This document shows, in pieces, positions 1-9,814 of a DNA stretch of 64,000 nt. Every line of letters begins with the position of its first letter. Position 1 is the stretch's first letter. The notes beneath the pieces are model-generated. The model did no database searches, was not told the DNA's origin, and saw nothing but the letters and a program-made list of their open reading frames with translations. Source of the stretch: an uncultured Pelagibacteraceae bacterium (GTDB lineage Bacteria; Pseudomonadota; Alphaproteobacteria; Pelagibacterales; Pelagibacteraceae); the NCBI GenBank assembly GCA_902542975.1, contig CACBWM010000003.1:16807-80806 (forward strand). Reading direction: 5' to 3'. Both the position numbers and the translations under genes were made by a program.

Positions 1-34
1 TTTTTGATGAAATACTTTTTGATTTTAATGACAT
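1..34 (-). CDS. 5' end of a gene running off the window (MSLKSKSISSK...), probably the ABC permease of the adjacent sugar-binding protein
   Basis: ATG at 34-32 with an open frame to the window edge, directly downstream of the SBP gene and its hairpin; product inferred only from position. Confidence 0.4.
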   Translation of the reverse strand, partial: MSLKSKSISSK

Positions 35-44
35 TTATATTTTG

Positions 45-79
45 AAAAAAGGCCTGACTATAAAATTTAGTCAGGCCTT
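45..79 (-). terminator. Stem-loop / intrinsic terminator after SBP gene
   Basis: AAGGCCTGACTA-taaaatt-TAGTCAGGCCTT perfect 12-bp stem (49-79), T-run on minus strand. Confidence 0.85.
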
Positions 80-90
80 AAATATAGATT

Positions 91-1014
91 TTATCTATAA
101 CCTTGAGCTGCCCATTTAATTACTTTAGCAGCATTATCAGGAGTAACAAATCCAGGTCCAGTCATAACTACACCAGCAGGCATTGTTCCCCATCTCATGT
201 ACTGAGCAAAAATAGCTATAGGCAAATAACCTTGTAGATACTGTTGTTGGTCAATTAAAAACTCTACTTTACCTGCAGCAGCAGCTTTTAACATGTTAGG
301 TGACATATCAAATGTTCCTAATTTAACATTTCCAACTTTACCAGCAGCTTCTAAAGCTTTTAGTGCTGCTTCACCAGATAAACCAGCTCCTAAAGTTAGA
401 ATAGTGTCATATCCACCACCTAATTTTGCAGCAACAGCTTTTTGAATTTCAGTTGGGTCATTTGATGTTCCAAGAATATCAACAGATCCACCAAAACCTT
501 TTTTGAAACCTGCACATCTTCTATCAAGCGCTACGTTTCCAACTTCGTGGTTAACGCATAAAGCTTTTTTTCCTCCAGCAGCTTTCATTTTTTGTCCGCC
601 ACCAACGCCAGCTTCAAATTCAGTTTGACCTACGTGTGCACTAATCCCTAATGATGCATAGTCATCCGAACCAGAGTTCATAGAGACTACTGGTATACCA
701 GCAGCTATTGCTGCTTTAACAGATTTTCCTAATGCAGCTGCATCAGGCAAAGTAATTACAATACCTTTTGGTTTTTGTGATACAGCGTTATCAATTAGTT
801 TTGCCATTTCAACCATGTCAAAAGTTCCAGGCGCAGTGTATTTGCAAGATACTCCCATATCTTTACAAGCAGCATCAACTCCATTTTTAGCTACCGACCA
901 AAAAGGGTCATTAGCTTGTCCATGTGAAACAACAATTATATCAGTTGCTAATGCTGATACAGACATCATTGCCCATGCAGCAACAGCTAATATAAAGTTC
1001 TTTATTTTTTTCAT
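91..1014 (-). CDS. Sugar (probably inositol) ABC transporter substrate-binding protein, CUT2/periplasmic binding protein type 1
   Basis: Signal peptide; VSHGQANDPFWSV, DQQQYLQGYLP and TGPGFVT motifs; next to iol genes. Confidence 0.9.
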   Translation of the reverse strand: MKKIKNFILAVAAWAMMSVSALATDIIVVSHGQANDPFWSVAKNGVDAACKDMGVSCKYTAPGTFDMVEMAKLIDNAVSQKPKGIVITLPDAAALGKSVKAAIAAGIPVVSMNSGSDDYASLGISAHVGQTEFEAGVGGGQKMKAAGGKKALCVNHEVGNVALDRRCAGFKKGFGGSVDILGTSNDPTEIQKAVAAKLGGGYDTILTLGAGLSGEAALKALEAAGKVGNVKLGTFDMSPNMLKAAAAGKVEFLIDQQQYLQGYLPIAIFAQYMRWGTMPAGVVMTGPGFVTPDNAAKVIKWAAQGYR

Positions 1015-1119
1015 TTTTAATTTCCTCTCTTAAATAAAAGTTAACTTTTAAACATTAAAGCTAACATAAATTTATTTAGATTGTAAAGAAGCAGGTTGTA
1101 TTCAACCTAAAGTTGATTC

Positions 1120-2133
1120 CTAGTATTTTATTTTTTCAAACTTTTTTGATTTTAATGACCTGATAGCACTTTCAGCAATTTGAATTGAAATCTTTCCATC
1201 AATAAAACCACTTTTAGGTCTCGAATTTGATTTAAATAATTTGGCAAGATCATTTAATTGTTCTTTGTATGCCTGATCGTATCTTTCTATAAAAAAATGT
1301 TTAAAGTTTGAACGTGCATTCGTACTTTTATTAGAATACAAACTAATCTCATTTTCTTTGATATTATCAGAAATAATCATTCCTTTACTTCCAAAGAGCT
1401 CTACTCTTTGATCATATCCAAAACTACAATGTCTCGAATTACTTATAATACATTGAACACCATTTTTTGTTTTCAAAATTGCAGTAGCAAGCTCAAAATC
1501 TTTAAGTTTATTAAAGTATTTATTAGAAATATTACTCCCTGTAGCAAATATAGAAACAAATTCATCTTTACCTGCATAATATCTTGCTAGATCGAAATCA
1601 TGGATCATCATATCTTTAAAAATACCACCTGAAGCCTTTAAATAATTTATAGATGGAGCAGCCGGATCTCTGCTAGTAATAATAATTTTCTCTAGCTTTC
1701 CTATTTTGCCTTTTATTAAATTACTTTTTAGAGAACTGTGACCTGGATCGTATCTCCTATTAAATCCAATTTGAATTTTATGATTAAATTTATTTATTTT
1801 TTTTTCGTAATTTTGAATTTTTTTTAAATTTAAATCTAAAGGTTTTTCACAAAATACTGTTTTATTACTTTTTATACTTTCATATATAAATTTAAGATGA
1901 GTTGATGTAATAGAAGATATAAAAATACAATCAATTTTTTTATCTTTATATGCTATTTGAGGGCTTTCAATATTTTGACAATTTAGATTTTTTGAAACTT
2001 TTTTTGCAAGTTTTCTATTAACATCAAAAATATATTTAAGATTAAAATTTTTATTATTTATTAAATTATTTGCATGCATTAGTCCTATTCTTCCCAAACC
2101 GAATAATGCTACGTTAATTAAATTTTTACCCAT
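1120..2133 (-). CDS. iolG: myo-inositol 2-dehydrogenase (Gfo/Idh/MocA)
   Basis: GLGRIG Rossmann motif, CEKP, GFNRRYDP, ITSRDP, GGIFKDMMIHDFD, GYDQRVE; start moved to MGKN at 2133. Confidence 0.85.
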   Translation of the reverse strand: MGKNLINVALFGLGRIGLMHANNLINNKNFNLKYIFDVNRKLAKKVSKNLNCQNIESPQIAYKDKKIDCIFISSITSTHLKFIYESIKSNKTVFCEKPLDLNLKKIQNYEKKINKFNHKIQIGFNRRYDPGHSSLKSNLIKGKIGKLEKIIITSRDPAAPSINYLKASGGIFKDMMIHDFDLARYYAGKDEFVSIFATGSNISNKYFNKLKDFELATAILKTKNGVQCIISNSRHCSFGYDQRVELFGSKGMIISDNIKENEISLYSNKSTNARSNFKHFFIERYDQAYKEQLNDLAKLFKSNSRPKSGFIDGKISIQIAESAIRSLKSKKFEKIKY

Positions 2134-3263
2134 TGTTTTTTTAATGATGATTTCTTGCATGCATCAATGAATTTAGCAGTCTCCAAACCTTCTTCTTCGT
2201 TAGGAAAATAAAATCTTTTTTTTGTATTTGTTTTTAAATATTCAGCAAATTCCTTATATATATTTGCAAAAGCATCTAAATATCCTTCAGGGTGACCAAA
2301 TTTTACTCTAGAAAATTTTTTTGAAAAATTTGCCTTTGTATATCCTCTTTCTAAAAACTTTACTGCTCCTTTGCTTGGATTAAATTTTAGATAATTTGGA
2401 TCATTTTGAACCCATTCTAAACTTCCTTTAGACCCATATACTCTAATTCTTAAACCATAAACACCACCTTTAGCTGTTACACATGTCCATACAATTCCTT
2501 TAGCACCATTATTAAAATTAACAAAAACTTGTGCGTTATTATCCATATTAACGTCCTTCGAATATTTACTTACATCGGCAATCAGTTTTTCTCCTTTAAG
2601 GCCTGTAATATAAATTGCTAGATGATATGCGTGTGATCCTATTTCATTGAGAACTGCTGATACACCAACAATTTTTTTATCAACTTTCCATTTAAAAACC
2701 TTTTTTGAATTTGTTTTTGAAATTTTATTACCATCCGTCCAATCCTGAATATATTCAACATTGATATATTCAACTTTTCCAATTTTTCCTTTTTCCACTA
2801 AATTTTTTGCTTCTCTTACCATTGGATAAGATGAATAGTTGTGAGTCAGTGCATATTTAATTTTTTTGTTATTTTTAATTGCTTTATAAAGTTTTTTTCC
2901 CTGCTCAAGATTTCCAGCAAATGGCTTGTCTGAAATTACATGTATATTTTTTTTTATAAAATTCTCTGCAATAATTTGATGACTTGATGGTGGAGTCATT
3001 ATTGCTACTACATTGATACCATCTTTTCTTTTCGCTTCTTTTTCAGACATCTCCTTGTAATTTGAATAACATCTCGATTTATCTAAGCCTATACTTTGTC
3101 CAAATTTCCTAGATTTATCAACACTTCTAGAAAATACCCCTGCAACGATTTCATATTTGTCATCATATCTAGATGAAATTCTATGAACATGCCCAATCCA
3201 AGATCCAGGTCCGCCTCCAACAATTCCAAGTTTAAATTTTTTAGGTTTAATTTTTTGAAGCAT
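2118..3263 (-). CDS. Gfo/Idh/MocA oxidoreductase (inositol/sugar dehydrogenase)
   Basis: GIVGGGPGSWIGHVH, SDKP, YPMVREA, GHPEGYLDAFANIY. Confidence 0.85.
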   Translation of the reverse strand: MLQKIKPKKFKLGIVGGGPGSWIGHVHRISSRYDDKYEIVAGVFSRSVDKSRKFGQSIGLDKSRCYSNYKEMSEKEAKRKDGINVVAIMTPPSSHQIIAENFIKKNIHVISDKPFAGNLEQGKKLYKAIKNNKKIKYALTHNYSSYPMVREAKNLVEKGKIGKVEYINVEYIQDWTDGNKISKTNSKKVFKWKVDKKIVGVSAVLNEIGSHAYHLAIYITGLKGEKLIADVSKYSKDVNMDNNAQVFVNFNNGAKGIVWTCVTAKGGVYGLRIRVYGSKGSLEWVQNDPNYLKFNPSKGAVKFLERGYTKANFSKKFSRVKFGHPEGYLDAFANIYKEFAEYLKTNTKKRFYFPNEEEGLETAKFIDACKKSSLKKQWVKI

Positions 3264-3289
3264 CTAATATCATAACAAAACTATTATTT

Positions 3290-4192
3290 ATGTCAGTAAA
3301 ATTAGGTATAGCCCCAATAGCTTGGAGCAATGATGACATGCCTGAGCTTGGTGGTGATACTCCGCTTGAACAATGTCTTTCCGAAGCTAGTGAAGCAGGA
3401 TTTAAAGGAATAGAGTCTGGGGGGAAATTTCCAAAAACATCAAAAGAATTAATTCCTATATTAAATAAATATAATTTAAAATTATGCTCAGGTTGGTATG
3501 GAGCAAATTTAAGAAAAAATACTTTTGAAGAGGAAAAATCAAAAATTCAAAACCAATTGAAACTATTTCAAGATTGTAAAGCGCCCTGCATGGTTTTTGC
3601 CGAAGTTTATGGTTCTATTCAAGGTGATCCAAATATAAATCTGTCTAAAAGACCTAGAATGGATTTAGACGAGTCTAAAAAATATTATAAAAAAATTTCA
3701 GAAATGGGAAAATATCTAGAGGACCAAGACATGCCTCTTGCTTACCATCATCATATGGGAACTTGCATTGAAAGTGAAGAAGATACAAGAAGATTATTAG
3801 AAAACACAGATGGTAGTGTCAAACTAACTTTAGATACTGGACACATGTTATTCGCAAAAGGAGATAGTTTGAAAATTTATAAAGAATTTAAAGAAAGAAT
3901 AATTCATATACATTGCAAAGATATGAGAAAAAATGTTTTAGATAATTCGTTAAATAACGATTATAGTTTTAGACAGGCCTTTTTGGAAGGAGCCTTCACT
4001 GTTCCAGGAGATGGTTGCATTGATTACAAGCCTTTTTTTGAATTGTTAAAAGAACAAAATTATTCTGGATGGTTAGTTGTAGAAGCGGAGCAAGATCCAG
4101 CAAAAGCAAATCCTTTTGAATATGCTAAAATTGGATACAAATATTTAATTGAAACTTTAAAAAGTGCAAATTTAGAAATTGAAAATAATTAG
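3290..4192 (+). CDS. iolE: myo-inosose-2 dehydratase
   Basis: GIAPIAWSNDDMPELGG, YHHHMGT, LDTGH, HCKD, FTVPGDG, VEAEQDP. Confidence 0.95.
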   Translation: MSVKLGIAPIAWSNDDMPELGGDTPLEQCLSEASEAGFKGIESGGKFPKTSKELIPILNKYNLKLCSGWYGANLRKNTFEEEKSKIQNQLKLFQDCKAPCMVFAEVYGSIQGDPNINLSKRPRMDLDESKKYYKKISEMGKYLEDQDMPLAYHHHMGTCIESEEDTRRLLENTDGSVKLTLDTGHMLFAKGDSLKIYKEFKERIIHIHCKDMRKNVLDNSLNNDYSFRQAFLEGAFTVPGDGCIDYKPFFELLKEQNYSGWLVVEAEQDPAKANPFEYAKIGYKYLIETLKSANLEIENN

Positions 4193-4693
4193 CTATCTAT
4201 ATAAAGAAGTTAATTCATTATTACCAGCAGCAACACATGGAGATTTAAAACAAGTACCAACTATCCATTCTGATCCTGGTTCTGCTAAAAAATTTGATGA
4301 CATTATAAAAATAACTCCCATTTCAACTGACTGACCAGCTTTTCCTTCTGCTTTTATTCTTGGGTCAGGGTCTGTTTTAACTTTATTGTCATCTGAAAAT
4401 GGATTTTCAATCTTAAGATTATCATTTATATGATTAACAACCTTTTCAGCTATCCATTCAGCATTACATGGATCACCCCAAACTGTTATCTTCCCTTCAT
4501 CATTATTTCCACAATTATTAATTTCGCCATTAATAAAATCGACAACTTTTTTATGATTTTCTTTTACTAAATTTGCACGAGCTTCAACTTCAGGCCTTGT
4601 ACTCGCTGTCCATATCAACATTCCTACCACATAAACAGCTGATATAATGATAAGAAACTCTAACAATCCAAAATTTTTTAATTTTAAGCTCAT
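4193..4693 (-). CDS. Type IV pilin-like membrane protein with degenerate class III signal
   Basis: KN|FGLLEFLIII hydrophobic N-terminus with Glu at +5, amphipathic helix ending in Cys, C-terminal Cys pair (CFKSPC). Confidence 0.55.
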   Translation of the reverse strand: MSLKLKNFGLLEFLIIISAVYVVGMLIWTASTRPEVEARANLVKENHKKVVDFINGEINNCGNNDEGKITVWGDPCNAEWIAEKVVNHINDNLKIENPFSDDNKVKTDPDPRIKAEGKAGQSVEMGVIFIMSSNFLAEPGSEWIVGTCFKSPCVAAGNNELTSLYR

Positions 4694-5649
4694 GAGATTT
4701 TTACTATTTTTGACTTTTCCAATTTATTGTCAAAAAAATCAATAATATTTTGGACTGTTTCAATACCCATTCTAGACAAACATTCTTCGGTAAATACTGC
4801 TGAATGAGGGCTTAAAAATGCTTTCTTATTTTTTAGCAATGGATTATCTAAAGATGGAGGCTCCTTTTCAAAAACATCAAGCCCTGCACCAAAAATTAAA
4901 TCTTCATTTAATGCCTTATTAAGATCTTCCTCGTTAATAATACCACCTCTTGCAGCATTAATTAAAATACAATTTTTTTTCATTTTTTTTATCATTTCAT
5001 AATTGATTAAATGTTTTGTATTTTCGTTTAGAGGCATATGAATTGAAATTGCATCCATTTTATTTAAACTCTCATTTAAATCATTAATTTTAGTACCACC
5101 AACTTTTTTAATTTCCTCTTCGCTGACAAAAGGATCATAAACAAAAATGTTCATTTCTAAACCCTTACATTTTTTAAGTAAGCATTTTCCAATTCGACCA
5201 AAACCTGCAATTAAGATACTTTTATTCCATAACTCAATTGTTTTAGGAAGCTTAGTTCTATCACTGAACTTTCCAGTTTTTACAGTCTCGTTGTACATAT
5301 TATTTCTTTTTGCAATGCTGAATAGCATGAATAAAACATGTTCTGCTACAGCTTGAGCATTTGCTGTAGCTGTTATTGCTAATGTGATATTGTTTTGCTT
5401 GGTTGCTTTAAGATCTATATTGTCATAGCCTACACCATGTCTAGATATCACTTTTAAATTCTTAGCTGAGTCTATAATTTCTTTTGACAATTTAGATGTT
5501 CTAATACTTATTCCATCACAGTCTTTTATTTTATCTTTCAAAAATTCTTTATCTGTATTGTCTACAACTTCAAATTCAAATTTTTTATTTCCTTTTAGTA
5601 AATCAATACCATGATTATGTATCGATCCTATTATTAAGATTTTTTTCAT
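4690..5649 (-). CDS. D-isomer-specific 2-hydroxyacid dehydrogenase (SerA-like, no ACT domain)
   Basis: RHGVGYDNID, GFGRIG, INAARGG, LDVFEKEP, SPHSA. Confidence 0.9.
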   Translation of the reverse strand: MKKILIIGSIHNHGIDLLKGNKKFEFEVVDNTDKEFLKDKIKDCDGISIRTSKLSKEIIDSAKNLKVISRHGVGYDNIDLKATKQNNITLAITATANAQAVAEHVLFMLFSIAKRNNMYNETVKTGKFSDRTKLPKTIELWNKSILIAGFGRIGKCLLKKCKGLEMNIFVYDPFVSEEEIKKVGGTKINDLNESLNKMDAISIHMPLNENTKHLINYEMIKKMKKNCILINAARGGIINEEDLNKALNEDLIFGAGLDVFEKEPPSLDNPLLKNKKAFLSPHSAVFTEECLSRMGIETVQNIIDFFDNKLEKSKIVKIS

Positions 5650-5673
5650 AAGTAAAAGTTTATACTTTATTTA

Positions 5674-6465
5674 TTAATAGGCTTTAGATAATTCTGATTT
5701 CACTGTGCCTTTTAAATTTTCAACTGTATTTTTCGCACCCGAACTTATAAATCTGGAGTCTGCTCCAACTGTTACAAATTGAAAACCTTTTTCAATCATT
5801 TTTTTTGCATAGTCAGTGCTTCCGTTATGAATTCCAGCAAATATATTATTTTTTTTTGCATGCTCTAATATTCTAAGTATTTCTGAATAAGCTTTAGTAT
5901 CTTCACCTTTGTCAAAACCAGGCTTTTCTCCTATAGCCAAACTTAAATCAGCGGGCCCTATATAGATTCCATCAAGGCCTGGGGTACTCATAATTTCATC
6001 AAGATTTTCTAAAGCTTCTTTAGTTTCAATCATAGCCATTTTTAATATTTCATCGTTTGCATGATCTCCATAATCAGGTCCTCCATAGATTAACCCTCTC
6101 ATTGGACCGAAACTTCTATATCCATCTGGTGGATATTTACATGCTTGAACAAATCTTTCTGCTTCATTTCGATTACTTACCATTGGGCAAATGATTCCAT
6201 AACATCCGGCATCTAAAATTTTCATAATTTGACCAGGTTCATTCCAATTAACTCTTGCCAAAGGCACGACTTCAGTCGCTGAAATCACTTGCATCATTGG
6301 CATTGCATTCGTGTAATCAACGAGCCCGTGTTGCATATCAATTGTTAATGAATCCCATCCTTGTTGAGCCATTGTTTCTGCCGAAACAGTACTTGGAATT
6401 TGTAACCAACCATTGATTACAGCTTTGCCATTTTTAATTATTTCTTTGGCTTTATTTTTTCTCAT
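5674..6465 (-). CDS. HpcH/HpaI family class II pyruvate aldolase
   Basis: DMQHG, LDAGCYGIICPMV, YPPDGYRSFGP, MIET, IGPADLS. Confidence 0.9.
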   Translation of the reverse strand: MRKNKAKEIIKNGKAVINGWLQIPSTVSAETMAQQGWDSLTIDMQHGLVDYTNAMPMMQVISATEVVPLARVNWNEPGQIMKILDAGCYGIICPMVSNRNEAERFVQACKYPPDGYRSFGPMRGLIYGGPDYGDHANDEILKMAMIETKEALENLDEIMSTPGLDGIYIGPADLSLAIGEKPGFDKGEDTKAYSEILRILEHAKKNNIFAGIHNGSTDYAKKMIEKGFQFVTVGADSRFISSGAKNTVENLKGTVKSELSKAY

Positions 6466-6469
6466 TAAG

Positions 6470-7912
6470 TCAGGTTTTGAGACCCATATGGGTATACTTT
6501 ATATTAAGGTAATCTTTTATAGCCATAGATCCACCTTCACGACCATAACCGGTTTGTTTTATTCCACCGAATGGAGCTTCAGCAACTGCAACTGCAGCTG
6601 TATTTACTGCTACACAACCGGTTTCCATCATCTCTGATGCCCTATTAGCTTTGTCCATTGAGTTTGTATATAAATAGCTACAAAGCCCCAGGTCATTATT
6701 ATTTGCTCTCTCTACTACTTCGTCAAAATCCTTGAAAGTTAAAACGGGCACTAAGGGACCAAAAGGTTCTTCTTTCATAATTGTAAAATTGTCCTGCACT
6801 TCATCAAATACAGTTGGTTCAAAATAATAACCTTTATTAAATCCTGAAGGTCTACCCCCACCTAAAACAACTTTTGCGCCTTCACTCTTTGTCGTTTCAA
6901 CTAATTTTTCAATCTCCTCCAAACGTTTTGCTGTTGTTAAAGGTCCTAAGTCAGTGCCTTCATCCATACCATTTCCAATTTTTAATTTTTTTGCTCTATC
7001 TACGAAAGCGTTTATAAATTCTTCTTTTCTTGTTTCTTGAATGTAAAACCTATTTGGGGATATACAAACTTGACCATTGTTACGAAATTTTGCTGTTATT
7101 GCCATATCTGCAACTTTATTCATGTCAACATCGTCAAATACTATAAATGGAGAATGACCACTTAATTCCATTGTAACTCTTTGAACTTTATCTGCAGCTT
7201 TTTTAAGTATTAATTTTCCAACACGTGTTGAGCCAGTTATAGAAACTTTTTTTATTATATCTGATTCAAGTAATTCATTTGATATTTCAGCTGGGTCTCC
7301 AGATAATAAATTGACTACTCCATCAGGAACTCCAGCATCTTTACAAATATTTACAAGTTCCATAACTGCTCCAGGCGTAATCACATCTGGTTTACAAATA
7401 ACTGAACAACCAGCAGCCAGTGCAGTTGAAATTTTTCTAGATGCTAAAACTATAGGAAAATTCCATGGCACAAGTGCTGCTACAACACCTACTGGCTGAT
7501 AGTAAACATGAACTCTTGTTTCTGGAAATCTACTTTGTAATGTTTCACCATAAATTCTTTTAGTTTCTTCTGCATTCCATTCAAATATATCTGCTCCACC
7601 ACCAACTTCTCCAATTGCTTCTTTAAGAGGTTTTCCAACTTCAAGTGTAAGCCATTTGGCCAATACATCTTTTCTTTCACGCATCAAATCTGCAATTTTT
7701 CTTATTACATAAGACCTTTGCCATGGAGTAGTATTTTTCCAAGTTTCGAGTCCTTTCTCTGCTGATTTTAATGCTTTTTGAACGTCAACAGACGATGCTT
7801 TTGATGCTTCTCCTAAAACTTCTTCTGTTGCTGGATTGATAACTTTATAAGTTTCTTTTTTTTCTGCTTGTTGCCACTGACCATTAATGAATTGACCAAA
7901 ATTGCTATACAT
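6470..7912 (-). CDS. NAD(P)-dependent aldehyde dehydrogenase, succinate-semialdehyde dehydrogenase (GabD)-like
   Basis: PWNFP, ITGSTRVG, MELSG, GQVCIS catalytic Cys, EEPFGP, PFGGIKQTGYGREGG. Confidence 0.9.
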   Translation of the reverse strand: MYSNFGQFINGQWQQAEKKETYKVINPATEEVLGEASKASSVDVQKALKSAEKGLETWKNTTPWQRSYVIRKIADLMRERKDVLAKWLTLEVGKPLKEAIGEVGGGADIFEWNAEETKRIYGETLQSRFPETRVHVYYQPVGVVAALVPWNFPIVLASRKISTALAAGCSVICKPDVITPGAVMELVNICKDAGVPDGVVNLLSGDPAEISNELLESDIIKKVSITGSTRVGKLILKKAADKVQRVTMELSGHSPFIVFDDVDMNKVADMAITAKFRNNGQVCISPNRFYIQETRKEEFINAFVDRAKKLKIGNGMDEGTDLGPLTTAKRLEEIEKLVETTKSEGAKVVLGGGRPSGFNKGYYFEPTVFDEVQDNFTIMKEEPFGPLVPVLTFKDFDEVVERANNNDLGLCSYLYTNSMDKANRASEMMETGCVAVNTAAVAVAEAPFGGIKQTGYGREGGSMAIKDYLNIKYTHMGLKT

Positions 7913-7964
7913 ATTTTTTAAATTGTGTTTAATTGTTAAAAGTTAAATATTTATATATAGAATA

Positions 7965-9809
7965 ATGAAAAAAATAAAGCTCACTTGTGCACATGCAATA
8001 ATAAAACATCTTATTGCTCAAAAAATTTTAATAGACGGTAAAAAAGAGCAGTTATTTGCTGGAGCTTTTGGTATTTTTGGACATGGCAATGTTGCTTGTT
8101 TAGGACAAGCTCTACAAGAAAATCAAGATAAATTACCAACTTATAGAGGGCATCATGAGCAAAATATGGCTCTGACTGGAATAGCATATGCTAGAGCTAA
8201 AAGAAGAAAACAATTTTTTGTTGCAACTAGTTCAGTTGGACCAGGATCTACAAATATGGTTACAGCCTCGGCTGTTGCTATGAGCAACAGATTACCAATT
8301 TTATTTTTACCTGGAGACACATATGCAAACAGAATGCCTGACCCAGTTCTTCAACAAGTTGAGCATTTTAATAATCCTGGCATTACTCAGAATGATGCTT
8401 TCAAGCCAGTAACAAAATATTTTGATAGAATTACAAGACCAGAACAAATTTTACAAACATTACCTCAAGCAATCCAAACAATGTTAGACCCAGCAGATTG
8501 TGGACCTGCTTGCTTATCATTATCACAAGATGTTCAAGGTGAAACATATGAATATCCTGAAGAATTTTTTAAAGAGAGAGTTCACAATATTAGACGACCA
8601 AGACCCGATGATTTTCAAATAAAACAAGCAGCTGAGCAAATTAAAATATCTAAAAATCCTTTATTGATTTCAGGTGGAGGGGTTTTCTACTCTGATGCAA
8701 TGGAAGATCTAAGTAATTTTGCAATTAAACACAATATACCAGTTACACAAACAGTTATGGGCTACTCTACAATGAAGAGAGACCACTCTCATTTCTTAGG
8801 TCCCATAGGTGGTCTTGGTGGCAAAGCAGCAAATAATTTAGCAAAACAAACTGACCTAGCTATTGCTGTTGGAACAAAGTTAGCTGATTTCACAACTGGT
8901 TCGTGGGCAAATTTTGAGAACCCAGACTTTTCACTTGTTAGTGTTAATGTCTCTAGATTTGATGCCAGTAAGCATTTGGCGCAATCAGTAATAGGTGATG
9001 CAAAAGTAAGCTTACAAGAGCTATCAAATGCATTGGGAGATTGGAAAGCACCTGATGAATGGCATAAAAAATCAAGAGATGAATTAAAAAATTGGAATGA
9101 TTATGTAGATAAAGAAAGCGGTCCAACAAATCAAGAACTACCTAGTTATGCACATGCTGTAGGAGCAATATATCGTAATTCAGATCCAACAGACATTGCT
9201 GTTACCGCTGCAGGGGGATTGGTTGGAGAAGTTGTACAAATTTGGAGGCCAAAAGAATTAAATACACATGAAACCGAATGGGGTTTTAGTTGTATGAGTT
9301 ATGAAATTTCTGGTGCATTAGGAGTTAAAATGGCCAACCCAGATAAGGAAGTAATAGCTTTTGTAGGAGATGGATCTTATTTACTTTTTAATTCAGATAT
9401 TTATTCATCAGTTATAACAAATAATAAATTAATAATAGTTTTATGTGATAATGGAGGCCATGCCGTTATTAATAGGCTACAATTATTTAAAGGTGGAAAA
9501 GAATTTAATTGTCTATTTAATAGTTCAAAAGCTCCAAATCTAGTCCCTGTTAATTTTGCTAAACATGCAGAGAGTATGGGTGCAAAATCTGAGGAGGTAT
9601 CATCTATTTCTGAATTAGAGGAAGCATTTAAAAGAGCTAAAAAATCTGATGTGACTTACTTAATTTCAATAAAAACTCATTCTTATGAGTGGCTAGAAGG
9701 TTCAGCTTATTGGGAAAGTCCTACTTTAGAAATGCCATCTACAAAAGAAAATGAAGAGGCATTAAAACTTCATAAAGAAGGAAAATCTAAGCAAAGACAA
9801 GGTGTCTAA
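7965..9809 (+). CDS. iolD: 3D-(3,5/4)-trihydroxycyclohexane-1,2-dione acylhydrolase (TPP-dependent)
   Basis: GIFGHGNV, PDPVLQQVE, YFDRITRPEQ, GFSCMSYE, VGDGSY TPP motif. Confidence 0.95.
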   Translation: MKKIKLTCAHAIIKHLIAQKILIDGKKEQLFAGAFGIFGHGNVACLGQALQENQDKLPTYRGHHEQNMALTGIAYARAKRRKQFFVATSSVGPGSTNMVTASAVAMSNRLPILFLPGDTYANRMPDPVLQQVEHFNNPGITQNDAFKPVTKYFDRITRPEQILQTLPQAIQTMLDPADCGPACLSLSQDVQGETYEYPEEFFKERVHNIRRPRPDDFQIKQAAEQIKISKNPLLISGGGVFYSDAMEDLSNFAIKHNIPVTQTVMGYSTMKRDHSHFLGPIGGLGGKAANNLAKQTDLAIAVGTKLADFTTGSWANFENPDFSLVSVNVSRFDASKHLAQSVIGDAKVSLQELSNALGDWKAPDEWHKKSRDELKNWNDYVDKESGPTNQELPSYAHAVGAIYRNSDPTDIAVTAAGGLVGEVVQIWRPKELNTHETEWGFSCMSYEISGALGVKMANPDKEVIAFVGDGSYLLFNSDIYSSVITNNKLIIVLCDNGGHAVINRLQLFKGGKEFNCLFNSSKAPNLVPVNFAKHAESMGAKSEEVSSISELEEAFKRAKKSDVTYLISIKTHSYEWLEGSAYWESPTLEMPSTKENEEALKLHKEGKSKQRQGV

Positions 9810-9814
9810 AATTC

